A stretch of 64,000 nucleotides of DNA from Gracilinanus agilis (GCF_016433145.1 NC_058135.1:275501126-275565125), one strand, 5' to 3'. Shown: positions 34,145 to 46,378, numbered from the stretch's first letter. Numbers and translations: made by a program. The notes: generated by a model not told the origin, from the letters alone.

Positions 34145-35101
34145 TTACCTCATTGCTTCATGACACTTTGCATTTAAAAAGTATTTTTTCATTGCCAAAA
34201 TAACATCCTTGTTCCTAAGGCTGTATATCAGAGGATTAAACATTGGAGTTATGATGGTGTAGAAAAGAGAAAGCATTTTCTCTATTCCTGCCAAGTAACT
34301 CGTCTTAGGTTGTAAATAAGCAATTATACCGGATCCATAAAATAATCCCACAACCATTAAATGAGAAGAGCAAGTAGAGAAGGCCTTGGATCTTCCCATT
34401 ACTGATGGAAGCTTTTGGATGGTAATGAAGATTCTAATATAAGAATAAAGTATCAGCACGAAGGGAATAAACCCAAATAGGACAACTTCTGCATAGACTA
34501 AGATCTCATTCCAAGTTGTGTTCCCACAGGCCAACTTCATTAATGGTGGCATGTCACAGAAAATGTGATTAATTATATTAGAATTGCAGAAGGGTAATGA
34601 GAAAACCTGGTATGTTTGCCCTATCAGGACAGGTGTCCCAGTGATCCAGGAGACAACCACAAGCTGTATACATGCTTTCTGGTTCATAATAACAGTATAA
34701 TAAAGTGGTTTACAGATGGCTACATAGCGGTCATATGCCATCACAGCCAGGAGAAGACTCTCAGAGACTACTAGAATAAGAAAGAAGCAAAGTTGAGTAG
34801 CACAGGCAAGCAAAGAAATATTTTTGTTCTGAGTCCAAAGGTCTGACAGCATCCTTGGAAGAGTGACTGATGTATAGCAAATTTCCAAGAATGCAAAATT
34901 TCCAAGAAAAAAATACATCGGGGTTTGGAGAGCTGTATCAGATTTTGTAATTACAATAATGAGTCCATTTCCAATCAGGATATTTATGTAAATGACTAAG
35001 AAAATACCAAACAGAGTGTCTTGGAGAGTGGGCAAGTCAGAGAATCCCAAAAGAATGAATTCCTTCACATGGCTGAGATTCACTTCTGCCATTATTTCCA
35101 T
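34145..35101 (-). CDS. OR10AG1-like: Olfactory receptor, OR10AG-subfamily-like, intact (318 aa from ATG 35101; 315 aa from ATG 35092)
   Basis: Uninterrupted ORF with the NLS glycosylation site, LQTPMYFFL, MAYDRYVAICKPL, NHIFCDMPPLMKLAC, KAFSTCSSHL and PMFNPLIYSLRNKD. Confidence 0.95.
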   Translation of the reverse strand: MEIMAEVNLSHVKEFILLGFSDLPTLQDTLFGIFLVIYINILIGNGLIIVITKSDTALQTPMYFFLGNFAFLEICYTSVTLPRMLSDLWTQNKNISLLACATQLCFFLILVVSESLLLAVMAYDRYVAICKPLYYTVIMNQKACIQLVVVSWITGTPVLIGQTYQVFSLPFCNSNIINHIFCDMPPLMKLACGNTTWNEILVYAEVVLFGFIPFVLILYSYIRIFITIQKLPSVMGRSKAFSTCSSHLMVVGLFYGSGIIAYLQPKTSYLAGIEKMLSLFYTIITPMFNPLIYSLRNKDVILAMKKYFLNAKCHEAMR

Positions 35102-35171
35102 GTATTCCTTCTCTGGAAATCTTGAATTCAGTAGTACTAGTAATTTCAAATTGTCATTATTGACTGCTATC

Positions 35172-35195
35172 CTGTAAAATGAAAGTATTCAGTTA
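35172..35195 (-). promoter_or_regulatory. Candidate 3' splice acceptor for the OR at 34145-35101
   Basis: Minus strand ctgaatactttcattttacag|gatag, 70 nt upstream of the first in-frame ATG. Confidence 0.6.
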
Positions 35196-36179
35196 CATTT
35201 TTATTTGATCATTTTTTAAGCTTCTCACCATCTCTGATATACTGCCCTATCTAATTTTCAACCATGTTATTATATAGTGAAGACTTTAAACTCCCATCCA
35301 ACTGTAACTCTTCCGATATGTCAAGTTTAATTATTTATTCAAGTTTTTCATAATCAGTGCTATGCATTCAACTTGAAGTAAAAATATATTTACTAGGATT
35401 GGAGAACATTGGATTTAAATATGAACAAAAAAGAGACAACAAAATTGACAAACTAGTCCAAACTTCAAAAATTGTATCATAATAAAATAACACATTACCT
35501 ATCCATTTAAAGACTAAAATCTCTTGAGAGGAGGCACAACATATTTTGTAGAGTAAGTGTGGATAAATTGTGAATATAATGATTTTTCTAATATGTAATT
35601 ATCCTAATGAGTTTTGGACTTTTAAACTTTTTTTTAATTATGTAATGATAATGTCACTCCTGACTGAATAGATTTCCTTACTGTATTCAGCTTCTCAAAA
35701 TTCTGACCTCCCCAGTTCCCATTCCCTTTTTCTGTACAGTTTTCTTTGATTGTCCTTTTTTAAATTAGTCCCTCCATTCTTTCAATTACTAGGACAATTT
35801 TTTTTGATATTCCATACATTTTGAAATTAATGGGATTTAAAAAACTTTTGTTATCTTATCTTTATCATTTGTATTAGGGCTGTGTCTCTTTTGACTAGAT
35901 TTTAAACACTTTGGGGGAAAGAACCTTGTATATTCTGATTTTTTTTTCTTCCTGGAATTGCCTTATATAACCATTTACTGCTACATGTTCATTAATCATA
36001 TGAGTGGGATTATGTCAGGGCATTAGTTCTGAAGCATTAAGCACACATTTCATCCCAGAATACATCCCAGTTGCTGAATTCTTATTTTGTATTCATTCAA
36101 GAATAGTTTTATTTTTATATAGGGTACGTGTTTTAACATTTAGTAAAACATTTTTCAGTTAGAGGGAAGGTAAAGATAT

Positions 36180-36420
36180 GAGCATTTATTTAACAATGTG
36201 GCAGGCACCATACTGAACATTTTATAAATCCCAACTTATCTGATTCTTAGAATATCCCTAAGAGATAATTATTATCTTCATTTTGCAGTTGAGGAAACTA
36301 AAGCATACAAAAATTAAATAAAGGTAAAACATTTTGTAAGTTTCTGAGGCCATATTTGAATTAGGATTTTCCTGACTCTAAACCCCAGCAATCTATCCAC
36401 TGCACCATGTAGCTGCCTAG
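36180..36420 (-). mobile_element. MIR/MAR1 SINE
   Basis: cattttgcagttgaggaaact core and atccactgcaccatgtagctgcct head (reverse complement). Confidence 0.75.
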
Positions 36421-38694
36421 TTATTCACAATATGATCTGAATGATTTTATATATTTCCAATTGGATAGCAATATGAATGTTGCTTATAGAATGAGTTAAA
36501 CAAAAATTATTAAATAATGGTACGGCGTACATTTACCCACATAATTGAGTAACCTACTTGGAAGTGAGCTACATGGGTAAATAAGCCATGTGGCAGTCCA
36601 GAAGAAGTCTGAATAAGATTTTCTGTGAAGATAGGATTAATACCAAGAGAAAGCAAGGAGATGAATACCTAATAAACATTGTATTATTTAACAATTTTAT
36701 TAAAGACTTTGCCCACAGAATATTATCTTACCAGAGATTGTTTGATCAATAATTGAAAGCATTCACCTAGAAAATATTATCTTGGTTTTTGGATATTTGT
36801 TTTTAATTACCCATTAATCTTTTTTTTTTTCTGTTTTGTGAAGAAAGGGAACAATAGTGTGTTAGACAATGACCTACACTAGAATATAGATCTTATCTTG
36901 GTTTTCTGACAAATCTATTATTATGACCTAGATGAATTATTAGTTGTGTTTTTTTTCTTGAATAAACCTGTGTATCTATGAAATGAGTCTAAAAGTAACT
37001 TCCCTGCAAATGTTGAAGGTTGTTCTGAAAATATATTGAGGGGATATATTTGTAAACTACAGACATCTATCTACTAAGTTTTGTGACCATTGTGACTGTT
37101 TTCATTAAATGCTTACGCTCCTTTTAAGCTCCACCTATTTCAATCTACAGTGGGCTCTCTGTCTTCCTAAATCTTTTCCTTCATTTCCTCCTTCATAAAT
37201 GAAGGCCTTTGACTCTAAGCTCTCCAAAATACATTCTGATTTATAATACTAATTGATTATTTGTCACTACTCTCATGTGTTCTAATGTAATGCTATTCAT
37301 GTGTTCTATGTGTGTGTTTTCCTTATACAATACTTTTAATATTAAGAAGTGCAGGACAATAATGTTTAGACATTTTAAAAACTCTGTCTTCTAAAAGTAC
37401 CACTGGATAAGATATAGGATTAATGAACTTTTCTAGTGTTCAAATTACTGGGAAAGCATGAGGCTAGACATCAAGGGCCCTAATTTCTATGATAAAGAAT
37501 ACTACTTCCTAATTGAATTATTTTAGGTGGGAAATTTACTTTCTTAGAGAAGATTTAAAAGTATTTGATACTTCACGATAATAGACATGATAACAGACAT
37601 ACTTCATGGTAATAGACATAGCTCATGATAAAGGACAAATAGATATAGGGGAGCAAAAGTAGACACTACTCTCCTAACTGGGAATCAAACATTAATGTAT
37701 TCTCTTTTATTTTATCAATCATGAAAATACACAACAGTTATGAAATATACTTTCCTATGTATTTGGTTCAAAATGAACAACGAAGTGCCCCCAAATTCAT
37801 AAAACAACAAAATCTCATAGCATATAATATTTTATACAAATATATTCAAGAAGCATGAAGTTGTGCAAAATATTTTTAAATGACTTTCTAAAAATCTAGT
37901 TAAAATATATTTAGAATATTCTCCTAATATCTCAGCTGAATATATATATAAAATAGAAAATTAAGTTAGTGTCATATAACCCAGTTTTTAGGAAGACTTT
38001 ATAAATATATTTTCTGTTTTCTAGCTATTTACTATTCACCTTTTGCTAACCCTTCTTTGATGCTGACTTTTAGGATTTTGTCAGGAATCTAAATAAGGTT
38101 TTTGTTTCCATAATTGGAAGAATTCCTTTTTCTTTCCTCTTGAAAGTTCAGGACAATACGTGTCCTCCAGACATCTAAAATCATTCTCATTTTTCTCATT
38201 GATTATAAAGGCCCATAAGAGGCCAAATATGATGACATTTTCCCCCATTCATAGGTATGCTATTCATCTGGTCCAGATGACTTGAATCCAAGAAGAAAAA
38301 AACTAAATACTTTTCTTATTTTCTTGTTAGTTAAAATTTTGTCATAAATATTTTGACTTCAACAGTTCAAACGTAATGGTCTTTGGTAGGGAAAACAATA
38401 ATAAAGTTTAAATCGAATAGTTTTACAAAATCTATATCCTAATTTTCCTGAAATTTTAAATATCCTCTATTTTCACCATGTTCCTCACCTGAATTGTTTT
38501 ATCCAAACCTTGACTTTTTTCTTGTGACCACCAGATCTAAAAACATAAATGAACAAAAATAATAATTTAAAAAAACAGTTGAAAGTTAGGACTGGAATCA
38601 AGAATATATGGATTTATATCTTCCTTTCCCCATTTTCCTCATGTGTGACTGTATTTAAACACTCATCCTGTTTCTTTATCTAAAAACATACCTA

Positions 38695-38915
38695 GGGGCA
38701 GCTGGGTAGCTCAGTGGATTAAGAGCCAAGCCTACAGATAGAAGGTCCTAAATTCAAATACAGCCTCAGACACTTCCCAGCCATGTGACCCTGGGCAGGT
38801 CACTTGACCACCATTGTCTAGCCCTTACCACTCTTCTATCTTGGAGTCAATACACAGTATTGACTCCAATATGGAAGGCAAGGGTTTATATAAAAAAATA
38901 AAAATAAAAAAATAA
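38695..38915 (+). mobile_element. SINE1_Mdo-like SINE (long 3' form with intact hairpin)
   Basis: A and B boxes, ttggagtcaata-cacag-tattgactccaa, A-tail. Confidence 0.9.
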
Positions 38916-38989
38916 AGACAAAACTAATAATAACATCTACCTTAACTTATGAAAAAGAATATTATCCACCTCTAGGGAGAGAAATGCAT

Positions 38990-39188
38990 GGGCAGCTGGG
39001 TAGCTCAGTGGATTGAGAGTCAGGCCTAGAGACGTGAGGGCCTAGGTTCAAATCTGGCCTCAGACACTTCCCATCTGTGTGACCCTGGGCAAGTCACTTA
39101 ACCCCCATTGCCTAGCTCTTATCACTCTTCTGCCTTGGAGCCAATTGGTTCCAAGATGGAAGGTAAGGTTTTTTTTTAAAAGAAAGAA
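38990..39188 (+). mobile_element. SINE1_Mdo-like SINE (long form with the hairpin loop deleted)
   Basis: A and B boxes, TSD agaaatgca at 38980-38988 and 39189-39197. Confidence 0.9.
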
Positions 39189-39204
39189 AGAAATGCAAAT
39201 GAAA

Positions 39205-39450
39205 ACATATGGTTTATCACTAGTTTATTTGGGTATATATTTTGGAATCTTGGTTTTATAGAATTATTTGCTTACAAAAATGAATAATATGGAAACGTGT
39301 TTTGATTGATAATATATGTATAAGCCGGATTGAATTGCTTGTCAGTTCTTGGAGGAGGGAAGGAAAAAGAGATAGAGACAATATGGTTCATATAACTTTG
39401 GAAAATATATGTGAGAAATTTGTTATTAAAAAATTAAAAGAAAGAAAAAA
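39205..39450 (+). mobile_element. Old L1 3' UTR end
   Basis: aaaatgaataatatggaaac...ggagggaaggaaaaagagatagagacaatatgg...ttggaaaatatatgtgagaaatt plus A-rich tail. Confidence 0.65.
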
Positions 39451-40164
39451 AGTAATATGTACCTCACAATGTTTGTCAGTATTAAGACTGTATTATTTGT
39501 TTCAAGATAACTCATATGAATTGTCTGGGTAATTAAAGTTCTCCATCATTTCAGTCCTGCTTAAGCTCAAATTTTGGATTTGGAATTTGGATCATTTATT
39601 TCCTCTAACAGAACAGAAGCTTGCAGGAGATAAAGTAGAAATAAAGGGTTCATATGAGCAATGATATTTATAGTAGTGTTTCCTCCCTTAAGTCAAAATT
39701 TTTGAACTAACATGTTTGGATACCAATTTCTCAAAATTAGAGAAAAATTGAACAGTTTTTAAGAGAAGAATCTAATCGAATACATAGTATGATTTTATAG
39801 AAGAATGGGGAGAACTATGGCAGAATTAAAAAGAATTATATGGATTTAAGGATAGAAGAAAATGCAATCAAGCATAACCAGTCATTTTCTTGATGACTGT
39901 ATAAAATGTATTTAACCTACTTCCATTTTCTCAAAAGGGGGTAGAGCATGTGTTGTGTTTAAGGTTCCTTTGTCAGTCAATACAGCTTAACTTCTTTTAT
40001 TTTGTTTCAGCAGAAATTTTGATTAAAGCAGACCTGCCTAAGAAGTTATTTCTGGAATTATTTATGGTATAATGAATGAAATCTATTTATGAAAACTAAA
40101 AATAATTATAATTCCCATCTCAATAAAAGTTAGAGATTATTTTAGATCACAGGAGTTGTGTATT

Positions 40165-40167
40165 TGT

Positions 40168-40207
<40 letters not shown>
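40165..40207. repeat. (TG)n microsatellite
   Basis: Read directly. Confidence 0.9.
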
Positions 40208-40213
<6 letters not shown>

Positions 40214-40906
40214 CCCATCTGGAAAAATAAGAAAAATATTTTGGAGTGTCATGGAAAAAATGGAAAAAAATAATTCATGACTAAGGCACTTCCCTGTCCA
40301 TTTGGTTCCAATTTTCAAAAGGAATAAAATTCAACTACCTTAGACTAACCAGACACTGAGTCCCAAGAAAATGTTGGATATATTTTCTTACAATTTCTTC
40401 ACATACAAAAAGAGATAATGCTAATTCTTAACCTTCTAAGACTTATTCTTGAAACTGTATGTACAACAAATTGAGGATCTTCCCACTGAGTTTTTTTAAG
40501 AATTATGTAATAATACATGTGATGTTAATTTGCTTTCCTGGATAATAATATATTTAACAAAGCAAATATTCCTAAGTTTAATGAGAATTCAATTTAAATT
40601 TCAAATTATATTTTCCACAGTTGAATAAAAATATAAAAGATTTAAATAATATAAGTCCTTTTGTTTTTTATACATTATACATGCCCTAATATATTGTATT
40701 TGATTATAACTGTTAACTCTTATGAATATGAATAATAATAAAATAATCCTTTGAATTGGGGATGGGTTTTATGGTTTACAAATTGCTATCCTAACTATGT
40801 TGTCATTTAAAATGGTTAAGAATCATATTTCAGAATCATAATTCAGAATTTCAAACAAATGCCTTTTGCCATCTTGAGCCTGAGATCCTTATTAAGAATT
40901 TAAGTA

Positions 40907-40976
40907 CACCCTTACCAATCTTCCACCTATGAGACAATACACTGAAGTACAAGGGTTTAAAAAAAATTAAAAAAAA
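40907..40976 (+). mobile_element. Extremely 5'-truncated SINE (3' 70 bp only)
   Basis: cacccttaccaatcttccacctatgagacaatacactgaagtacaagggttt plus A-tail. Perfect 13-bp TSD aagaatttaagta at 40894-40906 and 40977-40989. Confidence 0.9.
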
Positions 40977-41259
40977 AAGAATTTAAGTATCCATTTTCTT
41001 CACTGAATTATGAATCCAGAGAAAGATCATATAACATAGAGTAAATGGTGAAATTAGAGACCATGGGGAGAAGGATTCAAGCAACATTAGAAATCATCTA
41101 ATGAATCATTCAGTTTAAAATTCAAGAATTTAAGACACAAGAAATGTAAGTGACTTGCCAAACTTCACAGAGAAATAGGTAAGAGGAGGATTTGAACCCA
41201 GATCCTATGATTACAGAATGAAATATCATTCTCTATAGAATGCTTCTTTCCAATCATCC

Positions 41260-41463
41260 CAGTGATGAGCAAAATACAGCCCAGGGGCCAGATGCTGGCC
41301 CCTGAAATGTTCTATCTGGCCAAGGGATATTATTCCTAATCTAACGAATACACTGAGTAGGATACAATACAATGAAACTTCGAAAGAGTTGCCTTAGAAA
41401 CAGACTGACGGATGAGCATTTCCTTTCCTTTGAACCCCTCTTTAAAAAGTTTGCCCATCACTG
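41260..41463. mobile_element. Non-autonomous DNA transposon (MITE), hAT/Charlie-like, 204 bp
   Basis: 14-bp terminal inverted repeats cagtgatgagcaaa (41260-41273) and tttgcccatcactg (41450-41463), 13/14 match. The right flank atttagac fits the Charlie-type target, but no matching left TSD is visible. Confidence 0.8.
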
Positions 41464-42789
41464 ATTTAGACGATACTCAGTCACTCCTAAAGCCAGAGTG
41501 AATAACCCATTAAGAATCTTCCCTTACCTTTCTTGAATTGGCGAAAATTGAATCCAGATTTTTCTTTCTATGATGAATGTATTTTAAGTATTGTAAATCT
41601 TGTAATAATTGGAATTTGGTAGTAGAATCCAGTATGATCATTATATCATTAGACAAAGCAAAAACTCATATAAGGTAAGTACCACATCAATTAATACCCT
41701 TTTCATGCTGAATATGGGAAATCTGAACCTCATGCATACTTAATAATTTGTTCAGTTTTATCCGGCTCTATCTTCAATGAGATTTGATACAAGCATTCTT
41801 TAAATTATGAGCTAAATTCTCTCTCCACTCCACAATATATTTTCCCTTACTCTTGAAATCATAAATTTAGTGCTGATTGGAAGGGAATTCCAAGATTATT
41901 CACTCTCACCACTTCATTTCATAAATGTAAAAGAAAACAACACAATGTCCAGGGTATTTAAGTGATATATCCAAGACATGCAGATCGTAGAGGTCAGAGA
42001 AGATATGTGAACCTAGACCCCATGACTCCAAAGACCAGCACCTCAATTCCAAGTTCAGCAACAATATTTTTTTCACTCAATATTTCCAGAAATCACAACT
42101 GGATCATTTATAGGAATTGATATTCTTCCCCCAAAAAACCTCTGAACACAAAGCAACAAGAATTATTTAAGTGGAAAAGAGACCTACCTTATGGGAACAG
42201 CTCGTCTCCCAAGGTCACTTGTTAATTTTTAATTAGATATCTGCTTCTGACTCAAGACCAGAGCACTAAACCCACAGATGAACCAAACCATCTCGCTGAA
42301 AATATTTTTTCCTCTAAAAAACACCAAGCCATACATATGTACTTATTGTCTCAGAGAGTGGTAGGAAGTAAAGTATTACTTAAATAGTATCTAAAATTTT
42401 ACATCCATGCTATTTGCCAATGATGGTAAAATTAATACTGAATAATTCTTTAATTTTTTTAAGTTAGCCATGGCACATTTTAATACTTCCTTCCCTCATC
42501 TTTTCTATATTACATTGGGAATGGTATTTTTTTCCTATGATGGGATTTCACAACACATTTGCAATATATTCAAATAAAAAGAGACTTCAGTTAAAGTGAC
42601 TTGATCAAGTTTCAGAAGAAAATTTGGAATCATATATGTTCTTATTACTTTTAAAGTGTCAGAGAAATTATTAGTCTTTTTTTGCCCTCAGGCTTTTTCT
42701 CCGGAGCTGGAAGTGAACTGAGAGAGAAAAATGTTTGAGTTGTATACTAGATTAGTCTTGTTTTCTCTTATGCTTCTAAATTTCAGATT

Positions 42790-45315
42790 TTTAATTTTGT
42801 TTTCCTTTTTTTAATTTTAATTTTGAATATTTCCCCATAGTTACATGTTTCATGTTCTTTCCCTCTTCCCCAAACCCCACCACCACTCCCCCCACCCTGT
42901 AGCCAAAGCACAATTCCACTGGGTTTTACATGTATCCTTGATTAAGACCTAATTCCATATTATTGATAGTTGAAGTAGAGTTATTGTTTAGAGTCTACCT
43001 ACCCAATAATATCCCCATCAGCTCATCTCTTCAAGCAGTTGTTTTTCTTCTACTCCCACAATTCTTCTTAAGAATGTGGCAAGTTTTCTTTCTCATAAGT
43101 TCCTCAGCCTTGCTCTAGATCCTTGCATTATTGCCTAGTAGAGGAGTCAGTTATGTTCGATTTTACCACAGTGTAACAGTCTCTGTGTGTAATGTTCTCC
43201 TGGATCTGTTCCTTTCACTTTGCATCAATTCCTGGAAGTCATTCCGGTTCACATGGAATTCCTCCAGTTCATTATTCCTTTGAGCACAATAGTATTCCAT
43301 CACCAGCAGATACCACAATTTTTTCAGCTATTCCCCAATCAAAGGACATTCCCTCATTTTCCAAATTTGCTACCACAAAGAGTGCAGCTATAAATATTTT
43401 TGTACAAGTCTTTTTCCTTATTACCTCTTTGGGGTATAAACCAAAACTTTTTCATGTGTTTGTTGATAGTTTTGATTTCTTTAACTGAAAATTTCCTATT
43501 CCTGTCCCTTGCCCATTTATCAATTGGGGAATGGCTTGATTTGAGTAATTAGACCTTTGTCTGAGTTTTTTGTTGTAAAGATTTTTTTTTTCCAATTTAT
43601 TGCTTCCCTTCTAATTTTGGTAGCATTGGTTTTGTTTGTACAAAAACTTTTTAGATTAATTTAATCAAAATTATTTATTTTACATTTTGTAATTTTCTCT
43701 AACTCTTGCTTGGTTTTTAAATCTTTCCTTTCCCAGAGTTCTGACAAGTATACTATTCTGTGATCACATAATTTACTTAAACTTTCCTAGTGTAGAGGCT
43801 GCCAGATCCTGTGTGATCCTGATTGGTGCTCCTTGATATCTGAATTGTCTCTTTTTGGCTTCTTGTAATTTTTTTTCTTTTACTTGGAAGCTCTTGAATT
43901 TGGCAATTATATTCCTGGGGGGTTGTCTTTTGAGGGTTTAGTGCAGAGGGTGATTTATGGATCCTTTCAATGTCAATTTTGCCCTCTTGTTGAAGAACAT
44001 TATGGCAGTTTTATTGGAAAATTTCTTATAATATGGTGTCCAAATTTCTCTTAATTTCTGATTTTTCAGGAAGACCACTGACTCTCAAATTGTCTCTTCT
44101 AGACCTGTTTTCTTGATGTGTCATCCTCTCAGTGTGATATTTCATGTTTTCTTCTATTTTATCATTCTTTTGACTTTGTTTTATTAGTTTTTGCTGTCTT
44201 GTGAGATTATGGGCTTCTACTTGCCCAATTCTAGCTTTTAGAAACTAGTTTTCGACTATAATCTTTTGGTTTTCTTTTTCAATCTGGTCTATCTGACTCT
44301 TCAAGGCTTCCAGCTGGTCATTTCTGGTCTTCAATTTTCTTATAATTTCATTTGATTTCTGAACCTTAATTTCCAATTGTGAAATTCTGCTTTTTAAATT
44401 ATTTTCTTGCCCGATCTCTTCCATCTTTCTCATGATCTCAGATTTGAACGCTTGAAGAGCTTGTGACCAATTTTCTTTTTTTTGTGAAGATTTGGATGTC
44501 TTTAATTGTTTGTTTTCCTCTGTTTTCTGGGTTTTTTCTGTGAAGAAGTTATCAAGTGTTAGAGGTTTTTTCTTGGTATTTTTTGTTTTTATTTCTTGTT
44601 CCTTGCTTGGCATCATTATGCTTTCTTAGCCAAAAGTAAGGCAAGGTGACTCTTTTTGTATGGAGCTAAAGAGCAGTTTTTGCCTGAGGCTTCCACTGTC
44701 TGCTAGGCCTCTGCTGTCCACAGCCCCTCTCAGCCTCACTCCTGTGCCCAAGGTCTGTGCTTCAGTCTCCTGGGGTCTCTGGTCTAGCTATTTTTAGGGT
44801 AAAGCCCCCGTGATCCTAGTTGGCTTCCCAGAGGCAGGAAATTGGTCCACTCTTGCTCCTCCACCTGAGGTTTTCCCCTGAGTCTCAGCATGCTGAGCTG
44901 CTTTCACTGTCCACTGCCTCTCTCAGCCCCACTCTTGCACCCAGGGCCTCAGATCTCCAGCGTCCTGGGGTCTCAAGTCTTGCTGCTCTCTTGGGCAAGC
45001 TAATACTGGTGCCAATTAGCTGCCAAGGAGCTAGATTTTGTGCCCCAGCTCTCTCTAACTCACGTGTGCAGCCTCTGACTTTGGTACTGTGGGTGTGGTG
45101 GGAGAGGGTGGATCAGCTCACATTTCGATGGGAGTTATTCCCCCCCTTACAGTGTGGAAGTGACCAAATCCCACATACCTTCAATACTGCACCCTATTGA
45201 GGGATCCCTTCTTTCATTTGGATTTGTTTTTTTGTCCTTTGGAGGTATGCTGGTGATCACTCATGAGGAGAGTAAAGCTCCCTGCTTCTACTCTGCAACC
45301 ATCTTTACCCAGAAG
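42790..45315 (-). mobile_element. Internally deleted L1: 5' UTR and most of ORF1 joined directly to the ORF2 C-terminal region and 3' UTR
   Basis: 5' end aagatggttgcagagtagaagcag at about 45305. ORF1 coiled-coil ORF 44245-44616, continuing to FRYQGAPIRITQDLAASTL at about 43790. It then jumps to ORF2 (cacagaatagtatacttgtcag). T-rich tail at about 42790-42825. Confidence 0.88.
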
Positions 45316-45324
45316 AGAATATAT

Positions 45325-45520
45325 AATTTTTTTTAAATTTTTTTAAACCTTTGTCTTCTGTGAATTGGTTCCTTGGTGGAAGAGTGGTAAGGGTGGACAA
45401 TGGGGGTCAAGTGACTTGCCCAAGGTCACACAACTGGGAAGTGTCTGAGGTCATATTTGAACCTAGGACTTCCTGTCTCTAGGCCCGACTCTCAATACAG
45501 TGAACTACCCAGCTTTCCCC
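45325..45520 (-). mobile_element. SINE1_Mdo-like SINE (short form) inserted immediately 5' of the L1
   Basis: TSD agaatatat at 45316-45324 and 45521-45529. Confidence 0.9.
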
Positions 45521-46301
45521 AGAATATATGATTTAAAAGGGATAATACTCTAATGCTATTAATGGTTACTTCTGGGAGGGGGAGTTCATCTTATGTTACT
45601 TTCTTTAATTCAATCTCTCCAAGAAATATGTAACATACAAATCAAAAATAAAATGCTAATTAATAATAATAATTTAAGTGACTATGAGTTATTATTGGTT
45701 TATTACTTCTTTTGTAGGCCAACAAACAGAGTTATCTTTCCCTCAAGTACACATCATTCTAAGAGTTAAGCTCCAATGATTGCTATTTGGGAGACCTTTG
45801 TGATTGAGAGTCAAGCAAGAGTCATTTTCTTTTTCATAGTGAAATATTTCATCTTCTAACAAATAAATTTTTCTTTTGCATACTATTGTGCATATCCTCT
45901 ATTTTGTAGTTTCTTCTCAAACTGAATAGACTAATGTTAGGAAGTACAGTCAGTGCAGTAATATATAAGATTAAAGGTCTGAGATTTAGATCTTGTAAAG
46001 AACTTAGTAATTTTTTTCACTCTTGAATATCTTTTAAAAAATTTCTACATAGGTTTCCAGAAGTGTTCATAATTCGTATCACTTATACAATATTCTTCAA
46101 TATAAAATTTGTGATAACTTATAAATATCTTAATCACTTAAAGATATTATACCAGAAATTCAGACTCTCCCACAACACATAATTAACTTTTTCAATAAAG
46201 AAACAAATAACAAGTTTGTTAATTTTATTGTTTTATAATGAAGAAGTTTACTGGTACAGTGAAGATAGTCATAGGACTGAAGTCGGGAAGATTACACAAT
46301 C

Positions 46302-46378
46302 TCTCTCTCTCTCTTTTCTCTTCTCTTCTCTTCTCTTCTCTTCTCTTCTCTTCTCTTCTCTTCTCTTCTCTTCTCTTC
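46302..46378. repeat. (CT)n plus (CTTCT)n microsatellite
   Basis: Read directly. It explains the SSLLF and RREEK repeat ORFs in the track. Confidence 0.92.
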
